From Campylobacterota bacterium (GTDB taxonomy: Bacteria > Campylobacterota > Campylobacteria > Campylobacterales > Sulfurimonadaceae): a stretch of 13,108 bases of DNA. Position numbers and translations under genes: made by a program. Position 1 is the first letter of the stretch. Each line of letters opens with the position of its first letter. Below, one piece after another: positions 1 to 8,620 of the stretch. Where the stretch lies: positions 1 to 13,108 of the forward strand of contig JAYEKO010000059.1 in assembly GCA_034661055.1 (NCBI GenBank). The letters run 5' to 3'. A model generated the notes under the pieces. The model saw nothing but the letters and a program-made list of their open reading frames with translations, was not told the DNA's origin and searched no databases.

Positions 1-289
1 TTAATTCTAATAAATAGGAGTAATTAAATATTTTACATGTATTATTATGTAGAAGCAAATGAGAAGGAGATGACGTGGCACTAAAATAAATACTAACGAC
101 CAACTGGGTTTAGACAGTGAGACTATGGTCTTTTGGCTTGATGGACACTACCGTTTGAATGGAATGGTGATATAAGTAATGGAACATAAATAATTTCATA
201 GTTCAATGATGGTGACAAGAAAGTTGAAGTTGAAAATAGACTTTTTGGTTTAATGCTATATATGAGTTATGCATACTAGGAGTATATAA

Positions 290-817
290 ATGAGAACAAA
301 TATCCTATTTCTAATAGTGCTATTTATCTTTAGTGGCTGTTCTTCACTACGGGTTAATAGCGACTATGACACATCGTTTAATATGAAAAGCTTAACGCAG
401 TTTCATATTGTCCAAAACGACAATGGGTTACGAGACACCTTGACCCTTAATCGTATTGATAGTGCCCTTACTAATGAATTAACAGTAAAAGGCTATAAAA
501 AATCAGAAAAACAGAGTGCTGATTTTCTAGTGTATTATCATATTAATGTTACCAATAAGACCCAGATTGTAAATGATTATCAGATGGTGGGTATGTATCC
601 ATACCGCTATCGTGGGATGATGATTCCAACAACACGCACTTACAATTACGATGAGGGGCAGTTAATTATTGATATGATTGATCCTAAAGACAATAATATT
701 ATTTATAGAATAAGTGTTAAAGATGAGATTAAAAGTTTTGATACACCTCAAGAACGAACTGAGTATATTAATAAGGTAATCAAAACTGTACTAAAAGACT
801 TTCCAGTAAAAAATTAG
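290..817 (+). CDS. DUF4136 domain-containing lipoprotein
   Basis: 175 aa. Lipoprotein signal with lipobox FSGC, then VNSDYD, LTVKGY...ADFLVYY and YDEGQLIIDMIDPK, all typical of DUF4136. AGGAG RBS at 278-282. Confidence 0.85.
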   Translation: MRTNILFLIVLFIFSGCSSLRVNSDYDTSFNMKSLTQFHIVQNDNGLRDTLTLNRIDSALTNELTVKGYKKSEKQSADFLVYYHINVTNKTQIVNDYQMVGMYPYRYRGMMIPTTRTYNYDEGQLIIDMIDPKDNNIIYRISVKDEIKSFDTPQERTEYINKVIKTVLKDFPVKN

Positions 818-1686
818 TTTTTCATAATCATAACTGAAGCGGTTAGTCCAAATCTAAGTTTTACATTTTCTGGAAGTTTATCTAATTTAATGCGCACAGG
901 GATTCTCTGTGCTAGACGTATCCACTGAAAAACAGGTTTAACACTTGGAAGTAAATTACTTCCAGGGTTACCATCTGAATGTGAAATTCCCCATGCAATA
1001 GACTCAACCTCACCGCTTAATGCTATGTCTGGATATGCTAGTAGTGTCACTTTTGCACTATCACCCACTTTAATATTGGGTATGGCATTTTCACGAAAAA
1101 ATCCAAATACCCAGTAAGCATTTGCATCAACAAGAGCTAAAATAGGGTGGTTAGCTACGGCTTGGGTTCCTAGTTGAAAGTTTATATTAGAGACGTATCC
1201 ATCTACCTCTGCATACACTTTAGTATAAGAGAGATTGAGTTTTGCAGTATTGAGTGCCTCTTTAGATGAGTCAATGTCAGCTAATGATTTGTAGTAGTTT
1301 ACTTCATTGCGACTCAGATCTTTTTGTGAAACGGCCCCTCTGTCTTTAGCATAGATACTTTTAACACGTCTGTACTCAATTTTACTTCCCTTTGCAGCCT
1401 CTTGTGTTCGTTGGAGTCTTGCCTTTGACTGTTGCACTTTTATCTTATATTGTGAAGGATCAATCTCAAAGAGCAAATCACCAGCCTTAACAAACTGATT
1501 GTCTTTTACATGTATATTCGTTACCATACCAGAAACACGTGGAGATACTTGAATAACCTGTGTTCTGACCTGTCCATCACGAGTCCATGGATTCTCTATA
1601 TACGCTTTGAATCTATCATATCCATAAAGAAGTGCGGCACCAATAATAAGCACGGTAAGAGATAGTTTCAGTAATATTTTTAACAT
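814..1686 (-). CDS. AaeA/FusE-like HlyD-family periplasmic adaptor (membrane fusion protein)
   Basis: 290 aa. N-terminal TM helix, PWTRDGQVR motif of the AaeA/YdhJ group, lipoyl half-motifs VSPRVSGMV...VKDNQFVKAGDLLFEID and VYAEVDGYV, and LPSVKPVFQWIRLAQRIPVRI near the C-terminus. Confidence 0.93.
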   Translation of the reverse strand: MLKILLKLSLTVLIIGAALLYGYDRFKAYIENPWTRDGQVRTQVIQVSPRVSGMVTNIHVKDNQFVKAGDLLFEIDPSQYKIKVQQSKARLQRTQEAAKGSKIEYRRVKSIYAKDRGAVSQKDLSRNEVNYYKSLADIDSSKEALNTAKLNLSYTKVYAEVDGYVSNINFQLGTQAVANHPILALVDANAYWVFGFFRENAIPNIKVGDSAKVTLLAYPDIALSGEVESIAWGISHSDGNPGSNLLPSVKPVFQWIRLAQRIPVRIKLDKLPENVKLRFGLTASVMIMKN

Positions 1687-1694
1687 AGTAATCC

Positions 1695-1910
1695 TTAAAA
1701 TTTAATCCAAAATGTATCGATAACAATCATATAGAGCACCATCATAGCAAGAAAAACGTATGATGGCGCGTAGATATATCGTGAGAGCTTTAGCTTGTTG
1801 AGAACGATTGCTGTAACTCCCGCTGCCAAAAAAGCTAAAACAGTGACGAGTAGCAGGGGTGAGAAATAGACATCACCTATTGATAGCTCATGAGGAAAGC
1901 TATTAATCAT
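1695..1910 (-). CDS. DUF1656 / AaeX-like small membrane protein
   Basis: PHELSIGDVYFSPLL followed by two hydrophobic helices, directly upstream of the AaeA-like gene. The ATG at 1910 overlaps the upstream stop (TAATG) and is preferred to the GTG at 1916, giving 71 aa. Confidence 0.85.
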   Translation of the reverse strand: MINSFPHELSIGDVYFSPLLLVTVLAFLAAGVTAIVLNKLKLSRYIYAPSYVFLAMMVLYMIVIDTFWIKF

Positions 1911-3502
1911 TACCACATTCCTTTAGGAAGTCGTGTCATATTCTTATCCAAATAGTCTCCCCAGTCGGTACGTTCTTGCATCTTTTTAGCCGTTTCATTT
2001 GAGAGATACGCTTCTCCTTGACTCATCTGCCAACCTCCACCAAGTGCCTTGTAAAGTGAGACAATGTAAGTAGCCAAACTCCCTTTAATCTGAGCATAGC
2101 GATCTTGGTTACGCGTTAGACTCTCAACCGTACTAAGAAGACGCTGATAGCTCACTAAGCCGTCATTATATTGTGTCATTGAGATGTTAAAAGCACGTAC
2201 CGTAGCTTCTACTGCTTTTTTATTCTCTTCTTGTTGCTCATTTGTCAATCTATAACCGTGAATAGCATCAGAGACTTCTGTAGCAGCTTGGAGAACTTTT
2301 TTATTGTAGTTAACCAAACTCTCTTCAAAAATAGCATCTTGAAGACGTACTTGGTTTTTTATTCTATCGTAGGCAAAGATATTCCATGAGAAAGAAGGAC
2401 CAATACCAACTCCTATAGAGTCTGATGCAGAGCTCCATGAACCGCTTGCGCTATTTGTATTAATGCCAATATTTCCAAAAAGTACAAAACTAGGATAGAG
2501 TTGTGCCATAGCAGTACCAATTTTTGCACTGTTGGAGTGTGCTAGATACTCAGCAACTTTGATATCGGGACGGTTTTTTAAAAGCTGTGCATCGACTTTA
2601 TAGTAAGGGTCAAATTTTGCAGTGGGGACGAACTCTATACTAATGCTAGCTTTATCTTCCTCTTGTATCTGCACATAGTTTTTCTCTTGATTGATGTACT
2701 TATTGAGTGTATCACTATGCTTTTTTGAGGAGTTTAAAATTGTCTCCATCTCTTTTAAGTCAATTCCCATAAGGAGTGCCATGGCATTACGTGTTGTTAT
2801 CATAGAGAGCTCTAATGATGGAAGACTAGAACGTGTTGTGTAAAGCTGTGAGCGTGCTTGTTGCATATCAAGTTCAGAGACATTCCCTGAGTTGAATTGA
2901 ATCTCCGTCATACGTGTTACCCGCTCTTGGATGACAATATTACGTCTGGCATAGGCAATACGCTCTTGTGCAGTTCTATAGTTAATATAATTACGTGCTA
3001 CTTCTGCTATGACTGAGACCATTATGTCGCTGTAAGAAGCTATGGATGCGTAGAGGTCTGCTTCAGAAGACTCAATACCTCGGGCATACTTACCCCAAAC
3101 ATCCATCTCCCAGCCTACATCAAAATTAACGCCAACAGCACCATAACTATTTCCATTGCTACGTATTGCTGCTGCACTACCAGAGAGTGTCTGCTGTTGA
3201 GCAAAGGTGAGCCCTTGGCTAATACCCAATACTGCACGGGCTTGTAAAATACGCAGACCAGCACTTTTTAGATCAAGATTTTGTGCATACGTCTTAGTGA
3301 CTAAAGAGTCTAAAAGTGGGTCGTCAAATATTTTCCACCACTGTGCAATCTGTTCATTTTTAGTAGCTTGTTCTTTAGGAGTATTGAGCTGCTCTACTGC
3401 ATTAAAATCAGGTCCAAGCTTACTGCACCCGCTGCTTAGTAAAACGATGCTAATACTGTAGAGTCCAAGTTTTGATAATCTAAATAGTATATTTTTTTTC
3501 AT
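1910..3502 (-). CDS. TolC/NodT-family efflux outer-membrane factor (lipoprotein)
   Basis: 530 aa. Lipobox LSSGC followed by LGPDF. Motifs WWKIFDDPLLDSLV...NLDL, WEMDVWGK, LLKNRPDIKVAE, AQLYPSFVL and LYKALGGGW. Confidence 0.95.
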   Translation of the reverse strand: MKKNILFRLSKLGLYSISIVLLSSGCSKLGPDFNAVEQLNTPKEQATKNEQIAQWWKIFDDPLLDSLVTKTYAQNLDLKSAGLRILQARAVLGISQGLTFAQQQTLSGSAAAIRSNGNSYGAVGVNFDVGWEMDVWGKYARGIESSEADLYASIASYSDIMVSVIAEVARNYINYRTAQERIAYARRNIVIQERVTRMTEIQFNSGNVSELDMQQARSQLYTTRSSLPSLELSMITTRNAMALLMGIDLKEMETILNSSKKHSDTLNKYINQEKNYVQIQEEDKASISIEFVPTAKFDPYYKVDAQLLKNRPDIKVAEYLAHSNSAKIGTAMAQLYPSFVLFGNIGINTNSASGSWSSASDSIGVGIGPSFSWNIFAYDRIKNQVRLQDAIFEESLVNYNKKVLQAATEVSDAIHGYRLTNEQQEENKKAVEATVRAFNISMTQYNDGLVSYQRLLSTVESLTRNQDRYAQIKGSLATYIVSLYKALGGGWQMSQGEAYLSNETAKKMQERTDWGDYLDKNMTRLPKGMW

Positions 3503-5553
3503 TAAAACCTACTTCTTTGAAGTGCTGCAAAATCAATGTTACACATTATTTTTTGACAAGAAAAAAGAGATATCCAGACATCTTTACGAAGGCTTATGAT
3601 CTCATAAAAGTCACTGATAATCTCTTTGCTATAGAGATCAAAATTGATCTCCTTAAGCACTCTGTTTAAACTCTCTTCAACTTTTTGTATGGTCTCTTGC
3701 TCATCTTGTGCCAATGAATTAATAGCTGTGTTTTGATGAGAGATTGTATGTTCTTGTAGCACATTAGAGAGTGTGGGAAGTGTATAACTTTCCCTTAGTA
3801 TCTTAAGTAGAGGATTGTCCTTAATAGGCTTCTCCCTTTGGTATAGAAGTTTTAATAGATAGATGAATTTTTCACTCTCTTTAGTAAAGTCTATTAAGAG
3901 CGTTTGATTGAGAGTATCAAAATAGTCTGTATCTATTTTACTAGCCCATAGCTGCATGTTTTTAACTGTACTTTTGAGGTGGGTATTGGCATACTCTTTT
4001 TTTAATTGTAAATTAGACTCATGATCAGCTAATATTTTTGAAAGTCTAAAAAAGCGTTTTTTCATGGTCATAAAAAGGTGTTCTGGTTTTGTTGAAAATG
4101 GTATGTAGTAAAAGAGCTGAAGTGTTATAAGAAACATATAGAACATTGTTAAAATAAGTAAGAAAAGTGCGAAGTTATAGTGCATTTCATTGCTTATTCC
4201 AAGAGTAAAAAGACCTAGTAGAAAAAAGATACTTAATTTAGACGGTACAAAATAAAATGCTATAAAACTGTACACAAAAATAAAAATTCCAAGTTCCCAT
4301 CCGTAGTGTAAGTTAGGAAGAATAAAAATATACATCAATGTTGCAAAAATAAAAGAGAGCGTAAAAACCACTGTTAGCGTTGATGGTTTTAGCGGTGAGA
4401 ATGTTGTAAGGACACTTAGTCCTGTTGCTAAGGTGACTATCATAAATCCACCAGGAGGATTCATGGTAATCCAAACAAAAGTGGAGACCCAAAAAATAAT
4501 AAAAGTGACGAGCGAACCTTTTAAATGCTCAATATCTCCCCAGAGAAAATAGTTTTTTACATGTAGATTCTCTGATGAGAATAGTGTAGGCATTGGGCTA
4601 TTAATGCTGTTTATGTTTTTTGCCAAAATAGTTAACTCATTGTGAAGTTTTTCTAGGTTTTGTGTATAGGTGAGTAGTGAAGCGCGCTGTAGGTGTGATA
4701 AGTCTTTAATAGCTAAAAAGTCGTATTGAATCGTTAATGCTTTTGGGACTATTATCTCTTGAGTGTTTTGTGTTGAATCAATAATGTTCTCTAGCAATAG
4801 AGTAATCTCATTTTCTGCTTTTTTGTAATTAGAGATATAAAGAGGTAGCTCTTTCTCATAGCTTTGTGTGTCATGGTTTGCTAATAAGGTCAAATATTCA
4901 CCAATATTCTTATAGTTTTGTAGTGGTATGGTACGGCTGTCTATAATTGCATTTTGTAGAAGTTCTTCGTGTGTTCGCAACGCTACTAAGAGTTCTTGAT
5001 GCTCTTTTTCTTGTGAATGATGTTTTAAAAAAAGATTGAGTTGTACAGTACTAAGTGCCTTAGCACTCTCTTTACTACTGTCTTGAATGTTAACTGGCCA
5101 TAAAAATACTCCTACAAGTGAGTAAATCACAATACCAAAAATAGTCATATAGGTCTTGTCAACTCCAAATAGAAAGACATTATCTACATTGCCGTTATCA
5201 AAGACCATGAGCATGGTCATTGCGCTCAACATAAATATGCTGTGGTCTCCTTTGTAGGCACGTACTAAATAGAGTGTTAATGTGACTAGTATTGAGAGGC
5301 TTAAAAGATATAAAAATCTCTCTTGAGGAAACAGTGCAATTAAACTCATACCAATAATAGCACCAATAATAGTACCAAGAGTACGCATAGCACCCTTAAC
5401 AATAGAGTTATGCACAGACCCCATTGCTGCAATTAGCATAATAGTAATGGGGGCTACGTGAGCTTGTGGCCAACCTTGTGAGAGTGGAATTAAAAAAGCC
5501 AAAGCCATACTCAAAGAGACTTTTATTGAAAACTTTAGCTTATCGTTAAACAT
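3502..5553 (-). CDS. FUSC / AaeB-family (aromatic acid exporter) inner-membrane efflux subunit
   Basis: 683 aa. Two hydrophobic blocks, each followed by a helical soluble region. Motifs KGAMRTLGTIIGAIIG and FVWITMNPPGG. Clustered with OMF, DUF1656 and AaeA-like genes. Confidence 0.9.
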   Translation of the reverse strand: MFNDKLKFSIKVSLSMALAFLIPLSQGWPQAHVAPITIMLIAAMGSVHNSIVKGAMRTLGTIIGAIIGMSLIALFPQERFLYLLSLSILVTLTLYLVRAYKGDHSIFMLSAMTMLMVFDNGNVDNVFLFGVDKTYMTIFGIVIYSLVGVFLWPVNIQDSSKESAKALSTVQLNLFLKHHSQEKEHQELLVALRTHEELLQNAIIDSRTIPLQNYKNIGEYLTLLANHDTQSYEKELPLYISNYKKAENEITLLLENIIDSTQNTQEIIVPKALTIQYDFLAIKDLSHLQRASLLTYTQNLEKLHNELTILAKNINSINSPMPTLFSSENLHVKNYFLWGDIEHLKGSLVTFIIFWVSTFVWITMNPPGGFMIVTLATGLSVLTTFSPLKPSTLTVVFTLSFIFATLMYIFILPNLHYGWELGIFIFVYSFIAFYFVPSKLSIFFLLGLFTLGISNEMHYNFALFLLILTMFYMFLITLQLFYYIPFSTKPEHLFMTMKKRFFRLSKILADHESNLQLKKEYANTHLKSTVKNMQLWASKIDTDYFDTLNQTLLIDFTKESEKFIYLLKLLYQREKPIKDNPLLKILRESYTLPTLSNVLQEHTISHQNTAINSLAQDEQETIQKVEESLNRVLKEINFDLYSKEIISDFYEIISLRKDVWISLFSCQKIMCNIDFAALQRSRF

Positions 5554-5559
5554 AGCTGT

Positions 5560-6228
5560 TTACTCACCTCGATTAGTAGGTGGTGAAAGTTTTAGGCTAA
5601 TAAGACTTGAAACAACGATTGCCATGTAAAATACGCCTACAATAGCTTCCATATAGACAAAGAATTCTGCTAAACGGTTTGTTGGCAGGATGTCACCATA
5701 GCCTAAAGTCGTGAGTGTCACAAAACTGTAGTAGGCAATTTGTGAAAAGTTATGTTGCCAGCTTGCTTCTGTTACTCCACTAAAAGCATTAGGATCAACA
5801 GTTAATAGAAGAAGATAGATGGTGGTCCATATTAGGCCTAAAAGAAGATATAAAGAGAGTGAACCGATGAGTTTATTTCTATCGACCTCACCAACAAAGA
5901 CTATCTGTTTAAAAGCAATAAAAAAGGATCCAATAAAAAATATTAGCAATACTAATAGATTAAAATTATATACAAAGTGTAGTTCAAATAAATTAGTAAC
6001 TACAGTTAATACCAAAGACAGTGCGGTTAAAATATAGACAGCTTTTTGCCATAGTAGCTCTGCTTTTAAACTTCTAATACTGACAATTAGCATAAGAATA
6101 ATTATAACAGAAAAGATTTCATTGACCCATGAATGGGAAAACTCTTGAACTAAGGCAGCACTAAAAAGCAGACCCACAAGAGCAAGACAGAGGTAAATGA
6201 AATTATTTTGATGACTAAGATGTTTCAT
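5560..6228 (-). CDS. Potassium channel family protein (Ion_trans_2 pore domain)
   Basis: 222 aa, about 6 hydrophobic helices. Pore helix and selectivity filter YYSFVTLTTLGYGDILP lie between the last two helices. Confidence 0.9.
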   Translation of the reverse strand: MKHLSHQNNFIYLCLALVGLLFSAALVQEFSHSWVNEIFSVIIILMLIVSIRSLKAELLWQKAVYILTALSLVLTVVTNLFELHFVYNFNLLVLLIFFIGSFFIAFKQIVFVGEVDRNKLIGSLSLYLLLGLIWTTIYLLLLTVDPNAFSGVTEASWQHNFSQIAYYSFVTLTTLGYGDILPTNRLAEFFVYMEAIVGVFYMAIVVSSLISLKLSPPTNRGE

Positions 6229-7297
6229 TGACAGCTGTTTCTTCTTCTATTTCACTCATCCAGAGTCCAAAAAGCTTATAAGTCAATGCCAAAATCACAG
6301 CGCCAACAAAGAGTCCAATCATTCCCATGAGTATCATTCCACCAATAGCACCAATTAAGATGACAAGCATTGGAATGTCAACACCTCTACCCATTAGCAT
6401 CGGTTTTAAAACCCCATCACTAGCTCCTACAATAAGCATATATACTGTAAATACCACTTCTGGAGTACCACTTCCTTGAGAAAAGACATAGGCTATAATG
6501 GGACCAATAATAAGTAGGGCAGGTACCTGAATAATGGTTAAAAACATAATGGCAACGGCCCATACTATAGCAAAAGGGATGCCCATTAAAACCAGACCAA
6601 GAAGTGCAAATACAGCTTGTATGACGGCAACACCCAATACTCCAGTAACAACACTGCGTACTGTTAGCGTAGATAAGTTTGCCCACTCGGGACCTCTCTC
6701 TCCTAACAGTCGTCGCATGACTTTTTGATAGAATGCTGTAGCTTCCTTACTGCTTATAAGAAGAAATGCTGCAATAATGAGTGAGCCAATAAACATAAAG
6801 ATGGTTCCAAGTCCACTTTTCATAGCTGAAAATAGAGATTCTATAATATTCTTTATATCTTCTTTAAAAGGTATTAAGGTTTTTTTTAGGTCTTGCGATG
6901 CAGAAGTTCCAAGTTCATATAGCTTTTCACCAACAAGTGGCCACTCCTTAACATGTTGTGATGGTGGAGGAATGATGACATTATCATTTTGAATAGTCTG
7001 TATAGCTGTTTGTGAAGATGCAATCATTTTTCCTGAAAGTGCGTAGGTGGGAAGAATTAGGGCCAAAATTATAGCAGTTATAAATCCAATAATAACCATT
7101 TTCCTATTAGAGAAGCGCTTCTCTAAAGAGCCAATTACAGGAGCGATAGCTACTGCTATAATGATTCCCCAGACAATAATGGGTATGAAAGGTTTAAGGA
7201 TGAGGTATGAGATAAGAACAGCTAGTGCTAAAACTCCTAACTTAGTAGCAATTTCAATGGAAAGTTTAACATGGTCTTCTTGGGTAGTAGTATTCAT
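6215..7297 (-). CDS. AI-2E family transporter (YdiK/PerM-like)
   Basis: 360 aa. ILKPFIPIIVWGIIIAVAIAP at the N-terminus, VRSVVTGVLGVAVIQA, and DGVLKPMLMGRGVDIPMLVILIGAIGG...GLFVGAVILA at the C-terminus. GAGG RBS. Confidence 0.92.
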   Translation of the reverse strand: MNTTTQEDHVKLSIEIATKLGVLALAVLISYLILKPFIPIIVWGIIIAVAIAPVIGSLEKRFSNRKMVIIGFITAIILALILPTYALSGKMIASSQTAIQTIQNDNVIIPPPSQHVKEWPLVGEKLYELGTSASQDLKKTLIPFKEDIKNIIESLFSAMKSGLGTIFMFIGSLIIAAFLLISSKEATAFYQKVMRRLLGERGPEWANLSTLTVRSVVTGVLGVAVIQAVFALLGLVLMGIPFAIVWAVAIMFLTIIQVPALLIIGPIIAYVFSQGSGTPEVVFTVYMLIVGASDGVLKPMLMGRGVDIPMLVILIGAIGGMILMGMIGLFVGAVILALTYKLFGLWMSEIEEETAVNETS

Positions 7298-7324
7298 AAA
7301 GCCTCTTTGGAGTTAAATTTTTTT

Positions 7325-7355
7325 ATTATACAGTTGTTTAAATAATTTAGATTAA
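7325..7355 (-). promoter_or_regulatory. Putative sigma70 promoter of the AI-2E/channel/efflux operon
   Basis: Minus strand reads TTAATC-N19-TATAAT (-10 at 7325-7330), 27 nt upstream of the AI-2E ATG. This resembles the Helicobacter-type TTAAGC...TATAAT arrangement. Confidence 0.5.
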
Positions 7356-8596
7356 AAATCAACTCCAAAACTAACTAGAAATTGAAGGTCACTCTTCTCT
7401 GGGATAGTAGCATCCTCATTAGGTTCAGGGTACAGCGTATAGTCCCAGATAACGGTCAAGTCAATGTCCAGCCAAGAGGTCAACTCATTTTCCAATGCAG
7501 TCACTATATGGTGTTTATAACTACCGGCATTCTTTTCTGTTAACGTCAGTTTATAGCTAAAAATAAAGTCAATTTTTTTGTTAATCTCAACATCGTAAGA
7601 GGTACTTAACTCTAATGCTCCTGTTTTAATGGAGTCGTCCCTTCCCTCTTCAACGGTACTATATTTTGTAAGCACTACTGCAGGTCCACCAGTGACACTC
7701 CAGTTAACCCTTCTACTGTCTACTATAACATAACCGATACCAATACCAAAAGTGTATTGACTGTGAATATTTTGATATTTATCGCTAAAAAATTCTGAAA
7801 ATAGTGGAGTATAATAAAAATGTCTTGTAGTAAAAACATTGAAGCTTTCATTGAATCTATGATTGTTTATAGTTTCAGTTTCATTAATATAGGAGATATT
7901 GCCCAAGTAATCAAGTTTAAGCTGTGTTTTTGATGTACGACGTTGAACTTTTGCGATTGTTGAGTAATCAAGTTTTTCGGTATTTCCTGTCTGTACATCA
8001 ACACCGATATTAAATTTTCCAGACCAATACTCTGCTTCTCTATTTCCACCGTATACAATCGAGACAATCTGTTTTCGTTGAAATTCCAGATTCCCATCAC
8101 CACGAATTATTATTACTTTTTGATCATTAAGACGTAAAATTCCTGTTACTTCAATAGCCGTATGGTGTAATCCAAAGAGACCACTGCTATTTTCATCTTC
8201 GACAAGAAGTCGTACGGTAACGATGCGATGGGTTCGAATCTGCTTAATGTCCTCAAAGTCAAGTGTTAGCAGGTCGAGTTCCTTGCTGTCAAACTCTAAC
8301 TCTTCTTCATACATAACTTTAAATTCACCTTTTAACCACTCCGATGACTTTAATTCAATCCAATCATATCTTTCTGGAGTAGGTGCAAGTTGTTCCCATG
8401 CACCGTTATTACTAGTAGTCTGCTTTTTAATGGTCTTTCTAGATTCAGCATTGTCACTATCTTGAGCAATATTTTGTACCTCTTCACTGCTTAATCCTGA
8501 CGTATCATGAATGCTAATAACATCATCAGCAACAATGGAGGTTTGTAAGAGAAATATTATAAAAAGACAAGTAGTAAGATTAAAAAGTTTTTTCAT
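7352..8596 (-). CDS. DUF481/YdiY-type outer-membrane beta-barrel with N-terminal periplasmic extension
   Basis: 414 aa. Signal peptide. The barrel starts near WSGKFNIGVDVQTGNT, has alternating amphipathic strands (YTFGIGIGYVI) and ends in LVSFGVDF, a terminal-Phe beta-signal. Confidence 0.8.
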   Translation of the reverse strand: MKKLFNLTTCLFIIFLLQTSIVADDVISIHDTSGLSSEEVQNIAQDSDNAESRKTIKKQTTSNNGAWEQLAPTPERYDWIELKSSEWLKGEFKVMYEEELEFDSKELDLLTLDFEDIKQIRTHRIVTVRLLVEDENSSGLFGLHHTAIEVTGILRLNDQKVIIIRGDGNLEFQRKQIVSIVYGGNREAEYWSGKFNIGVDVQTGNTEKLDYSTIAKVQRRTSKTQLKLDYLGNISYINETETINNHRFNESFNVFTTRHFYYTPLFSEFFSDKYQNIHSQYTFGIGIGYVIVDSRRVNWSVTGGPAVVLTKYSTVEEGRDDSIKTGALELSTSYDVEINKKIDFIFSYKLTLTEKNAGSYKHHIVTALENELTSWLDIDLTVIWDYTLYPEPNEDATIPEKSDLQFLVSFGVDF

Positions 8597-8620
8597 ACTT
8601 GAAATATTATCTAAAATTTT

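Noticed and set aside
1911..1916. GTG start at 1916 for DUF1656
   Set aside because: The ATG at 1910 forms a TAATG coupling junction like the one at 3502 and is the more plausible start.
3207..3461. 84-aa plus-strand ORF
   Set aside because: Entirely antisense to the OMF gene, with no recognisable motif.
5819..7316. Short ORFs 5819..6037, 6420..6686, 6534..6728, 6777..6992 and 7047..7316
   Set aside because: Antisense or alternate-frame shadows of the hydrophobic channel and AI-2E genes, with no independent evidence.
7867..8465. Short ORFs 7867..8103 and 8223..8465
   Set aside because: Nested in the DUF481 gene (alternate frame or antisense), with no recognisable features.
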